Shown here piece after piece: positions 10,561 to 23,110 of a stretch of 64,000 nucleotides of DNA. The DNA is from Squalus acanthias (lineage: Eukaryota). The notes under the pieces were generated by a model. It was not told the DNA's origin. It worked only from the letters and a program-made list of their open reading frames with translations, and did no database searches. The number at the start of each line of letters is the position of its first letter. Within the stretch, counting starts at the first letter, position 1. Made by a program: the position numbers and the translations under genes. The DNA lies in assembly GCA_030390025.1 (NCBI GenBank), contig CM059431.1, positions 110,176,001 through 110,240,000 on the forward strand, in the 5' to 3' direction.

Positions 10561-13369
10561 AAGGTGTATCAGTGGGGGAGCATTTTGGAGCTAGTGACCA
10601 TAATTCTGTTAGATTTAAGGTAGTTATGGAAAAGGACAAGGATAGACCAGGAATAAAAATTCTAAGTTGGGGCAAAGCAAATTTTTCTCAGCTCAGAGGG
10701 GATTTAGCCATAGTGGACTGGAAACAGCTACTTGAAGGTAAATCAGTGTCAGGGCAGTGGGAGGCATTCAAGGAGGGGATCCGGAGGGTTCAGACCAAAT
10801 ATGTGCCCTTAAAGAAAAAAGGTGGGACGAACAAATCTAGAGCCCCCTGGATGTCTAGGGACATACAAGGTAGGATAAAGAAAAAAAGGGAGGCGTATGA
10901 CAGATACCGAGGACTAAATACTCCAGAATCTTTAGAGGAGTACAGAAAGTGCAGGGGTGCAATTAAAAAGGATATTAGGAAAGCAAAGAGAGAGCATGAA
11001 AAATTCTTGGCAAGTAAAATCAAGGAAAACCCAAAGATGTTTAATAAATATATTAAGAGTAAGAGGATAACAAAAGAAAGGATAGGGCCTATTAAAGATC
11101 ATGAGGGTAATCTGTGTGTGGAGGCGGGAGACGTTGGTAGGGTTCTTAATGAATACTTTGCGTCTGTTTTCACAATGGAGAGGGGCGAAGCAGACATTGC
11201 TATCGGGGGGGAGGAGTGTGAAATATTAGATGAAATAAACATAGTGAGAGAGGAAGTATAAAGGGGTTCAGCAGCTTTAAAAGTGGATAAATCTCCAGGC
11301 CCGGATGCAATGTATCCCAGGCTGTTAAGCGAAGCAAAAGAGGAAATGGCAGAGGCCCTGACCATCATTTTTTAGTCCTCTCTGGCTTCAGGTGTGGTGC
11401 CGGAGGACTGGAGGACTGCTAATGTGGTACCCTTGTTTAAAAAGGGAGAAAAGGATAGACCGAGTAATTACAGGCCAGTCAGCCTAACCTCGGTGGTGGG
11501 AAAATTATTGGAAAGAATTCTGAAGGACAGGATAAATCTTCATTTAGAAAGACATGGATTAATCAAGGATAGTCAGCACGGATTTGTTAAGGGAAGGTCG
11601 TGTCTGACAAACTTGATTGAATTTTTTGAGGAGGTAACAAGGAGGGTAGATGAGAGTAGTGCATTTGATGTACTTTATATGGACCTTAGCAAGGCTTTTG
11701 ATAAGGTTCCACATGGCAGGCTGGTCACGAAGTTAAAAGCCCATGGGATCCAGGGCAAAGTGTCAAGTTGGATTCAAAACTGGCTCGGAGACAGGAAGCA
11801 GAGGGTAATGGTTGATGGGTGTTTTTGTGACTGGAAGGCTGTTTCCAGTGGGGTTCCGCAGAGCTCAGTACTAGGTCCCTTGCTTTTTGTGGTATATATC
11901 AATGATCTAGACTTGAATATAGGGGGTATGATTAAGAAGTTTTCAGATGATACTAAAATCGGCTGTGTGGTTGATACTAAAGAAGGAAGCTATAGACTGC
12001 AGGAAGATATCAATAAATTGGTCAGGTGGGCAGAACAGTGGTAAATGGAATTCAATCCAGAGAAGTGTGAGGTAATGCATTTGGGGAGGGTTAACAAGGA
12101 AAGGGAATACACATTAAATGGTAGGACACTGAGTCGTGTAGAGGAACAAAGGGACCTTGGAGTGCATGTCCACAGATCCCTGAAGGTAGCAGACCAGGTC
12201 GATAAGGTGGTTAAGAAGGCATACGGAATGCTTGCCTTTATTAGCCGTGGCATAGAATACAAGTGAGAAGTCACACAACACCAGGTTATAGTCCAACAGC
12301 TTTATTTGAAATCACAAGCTTTCTGAGCGCTGCTCCTTCGTCAGGTGAAGTGAAGAAATACATATGGGCACAGCATATATAGTCAGAGAGCAATGCCAGA
12401 CGACTACAGTTAATCTTTCTAACTGCCCTTTATCACACCTCGGCAGAGAGACAATCACGGCAATCAAAGGTGTGGATGGTGTCCAACCAGGTCTGACTGA
12501 CCTGTTTGGACACCATCCACACCTTTGATTGCCGTGATTGTCTCTCTGCCGAGGTGTGATAAAGGGCAGTTAGAAAGATTAACTGTAGTCGTCTGGCATT
12601 GCTCTCTGACTATATATGCTGTGCCCATATGTATTTCTTCACTTCACCTGACGAAGGAGCAGCGCTCAGAAAGCTTGTGATTTCAAATAAAGCTGTTGGA
12701 CTATAACCTGGTGTTGTGCGACTTCTCACTTTTGTCCACCCCAGTCCAACACCGGCATCTCCGCATCATAGAATACAAGAGCAGGGGGGTTATGCTTCAA
12801 CTGTATAAAACACTAGTTAGGCCTCAGCTAGAGTACTGCGTGCAGTTCTGGTCACCACATTACAGGAAAGATGTGATTGCATTAGAGAGGGTACAGAGGA
12901 GATTTACAAGGATGTTGCTGGGAGTAGAGAATCATAGCTATGAGGAAAGGCTGGATAGGCTGGGTCTGTTTTCCTTGGAACAGAGGAGGCTGAGGGGAGA
13001 CCTTATTGAGGTGTATAAAATTATGAGGGGCCTAGATAAAGTGGATAGAAAGGACCTATTTCCCTTAGCAGAGGGGTCAAAAATCAGGGATCACAGATTT
13101 AAAGTAATTGGTGGAAGGTTTAGAGGGGAAATTTCTTCACCCAGAGGGTTGTGGGGGTCTGGAACTCACTGCCTGAAAGGGTGGTAGAGGCAGGAACCCT
13201 AACCACATTTAAAAATTACTTGGATGTGCACTTGGGATGCTTTAACCTGCAGGGCTACGGACCAAGAGCTGGGAAGTAGGATTAGGCAGGATAGCTCTTT
13301 GTTGGCCGGCGTGGACATGATGGGCCAAAATGGCCTCCTTCCATGCTGTAACTTTCCATGATTCTATGA
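10561..13369 (+). mobile_element. CR1 LINE 'A' 3' part (ORF2 RT, disrupted; contains Penelope insertion)
   Basis: GEHFGASDHNSV, NYRPVSLTSV, DLSKAFDKVPH, FSDD, YKTLVRPQLEYCVQFW. Premature stops. Tail ATGATTCTATGA. Confidence 0.9.
12264..12766 (+). mobile_element. Penelope-like pLTR family A, long fold-back insertion with 13-bp TSD
   Basis: TSD CATAGAATACAAG at 12251-12263 and 12767-12779. 233-bp inverted arms at 12261-12493 and 12499-12731, 5-nt loop, 35-nt tail. Hammerheads at 12644-12680(+) and 12312-12348(-). Confidence 0.9.
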
Positions 13370-13499
13370 TTAATCGGTAGCCAATGTAGGTCAGCGAGCA
13401 GAGGGGTGATGGGTGAACGGGACTTGGTGCGAGTTAGGATATGGGCAGCCGAGTTTTGGATGACCTCAAGTTTACATAGCACAAACCCAAGTTTGGAAC

Positions 13500-14350
13500 T
13501 CCCATTTCTTCTCAAGAGTGCCATTTAAAGCATTGCACACCAACCATTGATCTTTTTCACACACTCTTTCATTGTGCCTAATGTACAGTGGCACAGCTTG
13601 AAGGTGGAATGACAGGTGAGGCTCAGCAAATAGATGCTAAGGCATCCAGACTGAAGTCCTCTGATGTGAAGAGATTTCTTAGTGGGGTCAGCCTTCGAGG
13701 ATGCCGAGGATAACTCTTTTTTCCTTAAAGCCATGCACGTGGTTGACGTAAGAAAACTACTAGGCACTTGGTGTGAGCGTTAAACAAAGCTTTAATCAAC
13801 TGTTTTACAACATGGAGGTCTAGTTGTGTCCTTCACTAGTTCCTGTTAAGAATGTCCTGCGCAAGCTGGGCCCGTGCCCGAGTATTTATACTCTCCCTGG
13901 ACAGCGCCACCCGCAGGCCACTCAGTATTATTTCATAAGCCTTTCTTTCATGAATGACAGATTCATGTCAGTGGTGTTTCTCCTTATTATGCAGACATTG
14001 TGGATTGGCAGATAATGAAGACATCATGGGTGCTTCCTGGACAATGGCTATTGATGTATATAATGATGTTTCTGTGATCAGTTACCACCTGAATATTAAT
14101 GGAGTGCAAACTCCTTTTCTTCATGAAGGTCTTGGGTTGATGAGAAGTGGTCTGATGCCCACACGGGTACAATGCCTGACTCTTTACACTCGAGAGAACT
14201 CTGTCAGCTGTGTGCTCTGCCCAACTGATGCCTTCTTTCCACAAGGAAAGTGATGAAGGTGGTGACCCCTACCCCTTGTAAACATAGCAGCTGTGCCCTC
14301 TTTGACTCATGTGTGCACTCATGGTAGATGTTTCCTGGAAAGCGGGGTGT
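13500..14350 (-). pseudogene. decayed Harbinger transposase remnant
   Basis: FMKKRSLHSINIQVVTDHRNIIIYINSHCPGSTHDVFI corresponds to the [24 protein letters not shown] motif. Confidence 0.75.
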
Positions 14351-14456
14351 GGGGGGGTGGAGTTTGTAAGGCTGCAGTAGCATGATATTAAGGGGAACTG
14401 ATAGAGAGAAACTACTTGTGCTAGTTGGGGAGTCTCGGACTAGGGGACATAAAGAA

Positions 14457-14910
14457 GGACTTGCATTTATATAGCGCCTTTCACGACCACCGGATGTCTC
14501 ATAGCGCTTTACAGCCAATAAAGTACTTTTTGAAGTGGAGTCACTGTTGTAATGTGGGAAACGCGGCAGCCAATTTGCACACAGCAAGCTCCCACAAACA
14601 GCAATGTGATAATGACCAGATAATCTGTTTTTGTTATGTTGATTGAGGGATAAATATTGGCCAGGGACAACTCCCCTGCTCTTCTTTAAAATAGTGCCAT
14701 GGGATCTTTTACGTCCACCTGAGAGAGCAGACGGGGCCTCAGTTTAGCATCTCATCCGAAAGACAGCACCTCCGACAGTGCAGCACTCCCTCAACACTGC
14801 ACTGGAGTGTTAGCCTAGCTTTATGTGTTCAAATCTCTGGAGTGAGACTTGAACCCACAACCTTCTTGACTCAGAGGCAAGTGTGCTATCAACTGAGCCA
14901 CAGCTGACAC
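14457..14910 (-). mobile_element. tRNA-derived Deu-domain SINE (SacSINE1-like), full length
   Basis: Minus strand: GTGTCAGCTGTGGCTCAGTTG (A box)..GGTTCAAGTCTC (B box), central domain, tail GTGAAAGGCGCTATATAAATGCAAGT similar to the L2 3' end. More than 8 copies in the window. Confidence 0.8.
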
Positions 14911-14924
14911 TACAGTCTAACAAT

Positions 14925-15200
14925 TAGAGCCAGGCCTTCCAGGAGTGAAGTTAGGAAACACTTCTACATGCAAAGGGTGACAGACGTTTGGAACTCTCTT
15001 TCGCAAATGGCAGTTGATGCTAGGTCAATTGTTAATTTTAAATCTGAGATTAATAGATTTTTGTTAACCTAAGGTATTAAGGGATATGGGGAAAAGGCGG
15101 GTATATGGAGTTAGGTTACAGATCAGCCATGATCTCATTGAATGGCGGAACAGACTCGAGGGGCTAAATAGCCGACTCCTGCTCCGATGTTCCTATGCTA
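14925..15200 (+). mobile_element. CR1 3' fragment
   Basis: RKHFYMQRVTDVWNSL-like end and 3' UTR ending TGTTCCTATG. Confidence 0.7.
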
Positions 15201-15638
15201 TGGTAACTTTCACTTCTATGGGAGAGCCGTCCCTGATCCAGATATTGTATGTAGATCATTGTATCAGAGATTGTACAACTCCGTACAACCTGTCTTGTGA
15301 AGCAGAGGGGTGAAGACAGGTTGCTGCTGACACGTCAAGGTACAGCTCCACGAGAGTAACGGGTGCGGCCAAAATGCCTCAGGGTTCATTTACACTTGCA
15401 TTGATTCGCTCCTCATTTCAATTATGCAGTAACTTTGGAACCCGCAAAAGAAAGCCTTTTTGTAAGGTAAGCAAACAGAAACCAAGAATAATAAAACTAG
15501 TGGTGGAGAGGGGAAAAAACATAAATGGAGGCTGACTCAGCAAAGCCAACTAATGTATAGAGCAAAATGCAACCACGGATACATGAAAAGGCAGGCAAGC
15601 AAACGTAACCATTTCCCTTATTAAACACGATAGCAAAA

Positions 15639-15720
15639 TTCTAGCCAACATTTTCGCCTTAGCCGACTGACGACAGACTCAAAATAAGGTTTGTAACACA
15701 GTATTATTTCACAATAACAA
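15639..15720 (+). repeat. 82-bp exact duplicate of 16972-17053, flanked by 15-bp TSD-like repeat
   Basis: Direct reading of both copies. TCCCTTATTAA(A/G)CAC at 15614-15628 and 15721-15735. Confidence 0.85.
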
Positions 15721-15799
15721 TCCCTTATTAAGCACTTCGGTGTGCCCAGTTATTTTAGGCATCCTTGCCCAGACTTAAAATTGCTATCCAAACTTGACT

Positions 15800-15970
15800 T
15801 CAATATTTACAGCTCCTCTAGACCCGTCTTTTGTTTCTTTTATTGTCCCATTACCGCCCGCTTTTGTCTTCCACCATCATCCCTGTTGTCATTTAATCTC
15901 TCCTGCCTTCCACCCTATCACAGGCCTTCCCTTTTGTTCTTTCCTCCCCTGCCCCCTTTCCCTGCCTCTG
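15800..15970 (+). mobile_element. Penelope family B 3' UTR fragment
   Basis: Reverse complement of 20780-20950. Confidence 0.6.
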
Positions 15971-17270
15971 GACTTGCTTTTTGCAGGAGCCTCGTCGATA
16001 GCCTGATTTGGGTTTTTAAAAATGTAAACGGCCGGGAATGGGGTCGGGTCGCTTGATCCCGATATTTTAAACCCCCTCGACCCTCTCCCGCCCATCGGTG
16101 AGGGTTAAAATGTTTCCGCAGATTAGTTTTGAATTTACTCCTCTTCAAGCGCAGGCCGTGTCCTCTGGTTCTACTGTTCTGGACAAGGTGAAATAGCTTG
16201 TCATGGTCGACATTATCTAGTCCCTTTAGAGTCCAAAAAACGATATTCCAATTTAAATTAATAGCCATAAATCAGACTTGGACATTCAGCCCATTTTTCC
16301 ACTCAAAATAAAATCTCTTTGCCGTAACTTGCATTTATTTTATATTCCTGCTTACTTAAACACTAGTAATTTTTTAACAAAACCGAGAATATTAGTTCCA
16401 GAGCTAGCCATATTATAAAATTATTGATTACTAAATTGTCATTTTATATGTATCATTGATTTTAAAGCTTTTGATTTTAAAAAAAACAAATATATCAAGG
16501 ACTCTTCTGCACAATAGGCTTTTCTAGTAGAGATACAGGCACATTTTTGTCATTTAAAAGGCACTTCAAGCATGTGCTGTTGAGTAGTATATTCCAATAT
16601 CTCATTAAAAATAAGTTTTTTTAAATTAACACCTTAAGGTCAGGTGGTTAAATAATTGCATACTTATATCTATTCAGCCATTCATCTATCGTTATTATAA
16701 CATTATTATAAAAACAAAATCTCTCATTTCCATTTTGTTTACATCACACTGTCAGACTTAATCATGGTCAAAAATATTCCAATCCAGTGAACATTTCTGA
16801 CTCACACTTACAGCTGGGCTCTTATTCAAATTTCTCTCACCTCAATTCAAATTTCTTCCGTCTGGTTGGCTGATAATATCAAATTTGTAATTGTGATTTT
16901 CTCAAATGCGACTTTCATAGGCAAGACAATGCAAAGCGATCAAATCACTCAAATACTTTTTTGATTTATTTTTCTAGCCAACATTTTCGCCTTAGCCGAC
17001 TGACGACAGACTCAAAATAAGGTTTGTAACACAGTATTATTTCACAATAACAAGATTAAACTTACCGATAAAAGTGCCTTTTGATTATTTTAAGTACCCT
17101 TCATTAACGTTTTTACTCTGAAGCCTTCCCTAAAAAGCCAAAGGTTTGAGTCTGTAATTTTCCCAGACTCTGTCAGCTGAAGAGATTTAACAGCTACACC
17201 TGTTCCTTCAATTCCCAGAATGATGTTATTGGAGAATGACAAGCAGGCAAAGAAAGAGAGAGAGAAAGAA

Positions 17271-17719
17271 AGACTTGCATTTATATAGCGCCTTTCACGA
17301 CCACCGGATGTCTCAAAGCACTTTACAGCCAATGAGGTACAGTCACTGTTGTGATGTGGGAAACACGGCAGCCAATTTGCGCACAGCAAGCTCCCACAAA
17401 CAGCAATTTGAAAATGACCAGATAATCTGTTTTTGTTATGTTGGTTGAGGGAGAAATATTAGCCAGGACACCAGGGATAGCTCCGCTGCTCTTCTTCGAA
17501 ATAGTGCCATGGGATCTTTTACGTCCAACCTGAGAGAGCAGACGTGGCCTCAGTTTAACGTTTCATCCGAAAGACGGCACCTCTGACAGTGCAGCACTCC
17601 CTCTGCACTGCACTGGAGTGTCAGCCTAGCTTTATGTGCGCAAGTCCCTAGAGTGGAACTTGAACCCACAACCTTCTGACTCAGAGGCGAGAGTGCGACC
17701 AACTGAGCCACAGCTGATA
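17271..17719 (-). mobile_element. Deu-domain tRNA SINE, full length
   Basis: Colinear with 14457-14910. Confidence 0.8.
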
Positions 17720-18049
17720 CTTCCTAAGAGAGATATATACTGCGAGAAAGGGATGTAGAAGGAGAGATACTGAGACTTGAGTCCTTTGAATGAGGGAAAC
17801 TGTGGAAGCTGAATTTGGAGGAACGATGCAACTATGCAACAAGGTTCCTCCTTTCTTTGACACCTTTCCCACATTCCCTGCCTTCTCTCCTGGGGCAATA
17901 CATATTAAATAACTGGACATTTTTCAAGTTTTGACCTATGCTTGAAGGTATTGCCTTGGGGATGCATCACAACTGGCTGCCCTTTTCTCTTCTGTCGGCT
18001 TTTCCCAAGATTATGGCCCAGGACAAAGTCCTACCTATGACTCCCTGAA

Positions 18050-18450
18050 ATCTTGGGAATGCTTCCAGTTGGATAAAGGTCTGGGTCCAGTCCAGTTACT
18101 GTCTTCTTTCTCCTAGAAAGGATCAAGTGATTTTCCTTGGAAAACATGACACCAAGTGACTTGCTTGATGCAGTTATGAACTGCAGACTGGCTAATCTAC
18201 CAGACGTCCCCTGCGGTGGCCTGGAAGGATCCTGTGGCACAGAAGCTCCATGCAATTGTCAGCTTCACAGCAACAGGAAGAGCTCCTCTGATGCTTGCCA
18301 TGTTCTGCAGCTCAGACTGTCGCAGACGGCATAGCTTTGTTATTGCATCAGCAGAAACATTTGACATGCTCTGGTCATGGTCTGTCGGCCTAGGTCCTGG
18401 GGTAGTGGCAGATCCACAGGCAACATCTGAGATGTCTTTGTACCTGCAGA
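18050..18450 (-). pseudogene. decayed Harbinger transposase remnant
   Basis: ITKLCRLRQSELQ..RGALPVAVKLTIAWSFCATGSFQATAGDV. Confidence 0.7.
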
Positions 18451-19069
18451 TGTTGCCCCACCATAAAATGTTCTGTATCATCCAGATTGTGCGGAAGAAT
18501 AGGAGGTGACAGAGCCAGTCCCAGTCTTCATGAGTGATACTTGAATAGCAGCAGATATTTGGCACTTTAAGAAGTACAGCACAGCCAAAAACATCAGCAA
18601 TAGGGAGCACAAAACATATATGCACAATAATTAAATGCACAACCTTGTAATAGAAAAAAAGCCACAGCAATCTTATGCAGCCAAACACCAGCTTTAAGCA
18701 GGGTTTACCAGCTGTAGGCGATGCTCCCAGTTTTTATGGGTAAGGCTAATGGTGTGGACAGTGCCTTACCCTCACTCAGAATTTGGCATGGGACCCAAAA
18801 TGGTTCAGTTCCGGATGTAAAGAAGGCAAGCAAATGTCAATAATGCGGCCTCATTAAATGGCCCCAAATCACACCTCACAAAATGGAAGACAGAAGTAAA
18901 CTATGACCTCTGCTGGCTGCATAGAAGCATATGGCCTCACAAAAAACACCCTTTTGTGTCAGTACCTGAGCCCTTTTGTAATGTACTCCAGCCTATGTGT
19001 TGCTCACAGCAATAAGATCCAGTTGAGAGATATTGCCCAAATTAGCAGCAAAGTTCAATTCCTTTTTTT

Positions 19070-19525
19070 TTAATTCATTTTTTTTAATGGGATGTGGGCA
19101 TCACTGGCAAAGCCAGCATTTATTGCCCATCCCTAATTGCCCCCTCGAGAAGGTGGAGGTGAGCCGCCTTCTTGAACCGCTGCAGTCCGTGTGGTGAAGG
19201 TACTCCCACAGTGCTGTTAGGGATGGAGTTCCAGGATTTTGACCCAGCGACGATGAAGGATCGGCGATATACTTCTAAGTCAGGATGGTGTGTGACTTGG
19301 AGGGGAATTTGGAGGTGGTGGTGTTCCCATGCGTCTGCTGTCCTTGTCCTTCTAGGTGGAAGAGGTCACGGGTTTGGGAGGTGCTGTTGAAGAAGCCTTG
19401 GCGAGTTGCTGCAGTGCATCTTGTAGATGGTACACACTGCAGCCACGGTACGCCGGTGGTGGAGGGAGTGAATGCTTAAGGTGGTGGATGGGGTGCCAAT
19501 CAAGCGGGCTGCTTTGTCTGGATGG
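19070..19525 (-). mobile_element. CR1/L2-group LINE 3' fragment (family of 1314-2215)
   Basis: Near-identical to 1330-1752. Confidence 0.8.
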
Positions 19526-20170
19526 TTATACATTTCTTATACAAAAAATAAATGTTAACAGTTAATAACTGACTAATGCCTCATACCTGCAACCAATTCT
19601 TTTGGCAAATATATATAAAAGTCTTGTAAATAAACTTCTGACTCTCTGAGAGAAAAGGCAAGATCAAAACTGTAAGAGCAGGCAATCTGAATTCAGCATT
19701 CAAACACCCCCTCAAAATGGAGAAATAAGCATAACATTTGATAAGTAACACGTTAATATCTATTAAAATACTTTCAAATCACTGTTAAAATTTGCTTTAA
19801 CTCTTTCCCAGTATTCATCGGTTTCCCTGTGAATCAGAAGGGAATAGCTTTCCGTTATTTGTTCCATATTCTTTTTCAACTCATATTTATGGTTCTCGAT
19901 ATAGCTTTGGATTGTCTTAAAGCAGATTCAAACTAAGAAATTGTGCACACTATCGTTCATGCTTTTACGTAAACATTGTTGGCATACTTACTGTAGCTCT
20001 GAATCTGCCTTGCTCTTTACCCTTTACCCTTTCCCCTTTCCCAGGCCAAGCAGTGCGACTGACCTGTTCCCATGTTTCTGCCAATGTCTGTCTGGGCCAG
20101 CTGATAGCAGGCACGTACCAGCAGCCCGCCACCATTGGGAATCCACCCGTCGCTGCTGTGATCCACCACA

Positions 20171-20494
20171 AAGCCTCCTTGAAAAAGTGTAACATCCCCA
20201 CCGACACCTGGGAATCCCTGGCCCAAGACCGCACAAAGTGGAGGAGAAGCATCCGGGAAGGCGCCGAACACCTCGAGTCTCTTCGCCGGGAGCAAGCGGA
20301 AGCCAAGCGCAGGCAGCGCAAGGAGCGCACGTCAACCCAAGCACCCCACCCACTCGTCCCTTCAACCTCCTTCTGCCCCACCTGTGACAGAGACTGCAGG
20401 TCCCGCATTGGACTCATCAGTCACCTGCGAACTCATTTTTAATGTGGAAGCAAGTCATCCTCGGTTCCGAGGGACTGCCTAAGAGAGAGAGAAA
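20171..20494 (+). mobile_element. RTE-type LINE 3' end with 11-bp TSD
   Basis: TWESLAQDRTKWRRSI..CPTCDRDCRSRIGLISHLRTH (RTE C-terminal C2H2). TSD GATCCACCACA at 20160-20170 and 20495-20505. (AG)n tail. Confidence 0.85.
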
Positions 20495-20651
20495 GATCCA
20501 CCACATTGCTGCTTTTGATCCCATGTGCACAATTGTCTCTGGGATTAGAGCTCCATACATATCCACAACATTTGTGCATCCTGCATACGATTTTCCTGCA
20601 CTGGCAAAGTTTTCAGATTGCTGACCTGTAACCTCCATATAAATGTTTTTA

Positions 20652-21219
20652 ATAACAACAGAAAATGCTGCAAACACTCAGCATGTCAGGCAGCATCTGT
20701 GGAGAGAGAAACAGAGTTAATGTTTCAGGCCGATGACCCTTCGTCAGAACTGGAAAAGATTAGAGAAGTAACAGATGTAACAGGGAAAGGGGGGAAGGGG
20801 AGGAAAGAACAAAAGGGAAGGTCTGTGGGAGGATGGAAGGCAGGAGAGATTAAGAGACAAAAGGGATGATGGTGCAAGGCAAAAGGAGATGGTAATGGGA
20901 CAAGTTAAGAAACAAAAGATGGCTCTAGATGAGGTGTAAATGGCAATGGCAGAATGATCAACAGCTGCCATGTGAGAGAGAGAGAAAAAAATGATAGGGG
21001 CAGAGGTTATGGTCTGAAATTGTTGAACTCGATGTTGAGTCCATTAGGCTCTAAAGTGCCTAAGGTGACTTCTCTAACCTTTTCCAGTTCTGATGAAGGG
21101 TCATCGGCCTGAAACGTTGACTCTGTTTCTCTCTCCACGATACTGCCTGACCTGCTGAGTGTTTCCAGCATTTTTCTGTTGTTATTTCTGATTTGCAGCA
21201 TCTGCAGTATTTTGCTATT
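20652..21219. mobile_element. Penelope-like element family B, inverted pLTR insertion
   Basis: Minus strand encodes the GIY-YIG C-terminus LGTLEPNGLNIEFNNF*. Inverted pLTR copies. TSD ATATAAAT(G/A)TTTTTA at 20637-20651 and 21220-21234. Hammerhead AGTT-CTGATGA-AGGGTCatcGGCCT-GAAA-CG-TT-GACT at about 21086-21122. Confidence 0.85.
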
Positions 21220-22916
21220 ATATAAATATTTTTACCTGACTAGAATTTTTTTTTTACTTTCTCTAACTGCAACATTTCATTCCACAAGGATTTAAACTTA
21301 CAAAAGCACAAGCGCTAACCCATTTTTTTCCTTAACAATCAACATGCCTTTTGCAATTAAACCGGTTTTGCTCTCTGTCCACCTACTTTGATAACCGACT
21401 TTAAATAAAACATCTGCTGGCTTTCTCTCATCACTTGTTTCAGGTCTTTGATGGTTTATCTGCCTATTCTTGGGGGGGGTGGGGGGGTGGGGGAGAGAAG
21501 AAGGAAGAAGAAGAGGAAGAGAATAGCTTCTGGTTATCCCAACTGTTTATTTTCTTCTGGCTGCCCCTCCACCCAGCTACCCTGCATCCCTCCCCCATTG
21601 AAATGCAAAATTTCCCTACAGAGTGAAGATTAAATGATCTGTTGCCAGCCCAGTGCAACTGTATATTGCAGTCACTAGGAGCTGTGCAAGAGTAGGTTGG
21701 GTTGCCATGACCCGTTCTTTTCCTCTCCCTCCTAGAGGAGCCCCCCCGCCCCACCTTTACTCGGCGCCTCTCCCATGTAGGGATACCCCCAATCCCAATA
21801 GCCCACCGAATTAATGTCAAACTTATGTTACTGGGGCCTACTTTTATAAAGTGAAACTATCAGTACTCTCCAGGCTAGCCATCTGCATACTGTAAATTGT
21901 GTTTCTAGATATTTTATTGGGCATTTTTTTTTGTCCTAAAGGAAAAGCACGACTGGTGAAGCTAAATAATTCATCACTGATCTTTTTAGCCTACTTCTCT
22001 GAAACATGCAGAGCAATGCTTATAAAATGTGATTGTGTCACAGTTGTTCATATGTGTTTGATTGAGGTAATTGAGATGCTAAAATAACCCAGACACAATG
22101 GCCGGAATTTTCTGGGGTGGTAGCTGGTGCGATCGGAGGTGGGTCGGGTGGGAAAGTTGTTATTTTTGGGAGCGGGTCGGGAACCCGCTGTCCTCCTGCT
22201 CCCACGCACCTTTCCCCCAGGCGGGTCTGTCAGCACGGACCTGACCTGACTGGCAGAGGCGGGCGACCCAATTTAAATTATTAGTAACTAGTTGTCAGAC
22301 CCTTAAGAGTGGTTTTAACCTCACCTTTTAAATTTAATTGGATGGCCACAGGAAAACAAGCTGCTCAGGAACCACATCTATGAACCTGAGGCGGGAGTTC
22401 AGTGGCCATTGCTCCAGCTGATTAGTTGACAGCATGAAATGTACTATAAAAGCTCCCACCTGACAAATAATCACTTTTCTCAGCAGAAGCTGTTTCTTAC
22501 TGCATTCCCAGCACAGATTCCGGTGAGGAATCTATAATACTGTCCCTGTCTCCACCATCTGCTTTTGCTCACTTGTGACTTGTGACGGACGCGGTGACAA
22601 CACTACTCTATCTCACGTTGCACCCACGCTGGTGCTGGGTGCGCTTATGTCTGGTGACAGTGCGCCTTCAGAGGCTGGAGGTTCCTCTGAGGAGTTGTCT
22701 TCCTCTGCCTCCTGGACAGTGGGAGGGGGCTCTTGATGGACCTGTGGGAGAGTAAAGAGATGAGTTAGATATGTCATATGAAGAATGGGTACAGATACCA
22801 TTATGCATATGATGACAATTCAGTGACTGCTGACATCAGTGCCTATATGAGTGACTGATGTATGCCATGTAGCTGTATGATATGTAATTCTGCAACCAGG
22901 TTTCTGAGATGTCCCC

Positions 22917-23110
22917 TGTGGTAACACAATACAGCTTCCTGTGACTCGAACTTTATTACATCACTTCCTGTGATTAGTCCAGGATAAATACTGGGCTGAT
23001 CAGTTGGTTCCTGGAGAGGCATAGAGTAAGACCTCTTTTGTATGTAGCACCTTTTTAGTTGATTAAAGCTTACTTTAAGTTCACCACGCGTAAGGCTCAT
23101 TCTTACGACA
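22917..23110 (+). repeat. 5' LTR
   Basis: TGTGG..GACA; identical to the 3' LTR. GATAAATA at about 22983 and ATTAAA at 23062-23067. Confidence 0.95.

Noticed and set aside
12261..12731. DNA transposon/MITE with long TIRs, or pre-miRNA
   Set aside because: The asymmetric 35-nt tail, 13-bp TSD, hammerhead motif and a non-inverted copy at 2239-2500 indicate a Penelope-like retroelement.
14840..14910. tRNA gene-like A/B boxes (also 17650-17719, 62535-62605)
   Set aside because: These are SINE heads followed by the same body and LINE-like tail, not stand-alone tRNAs.
21435..21633. Short ORFs with poly-G/poly-E
   Set aside because: Low-complexity G-run and GAA repeats; no recognisable domain.
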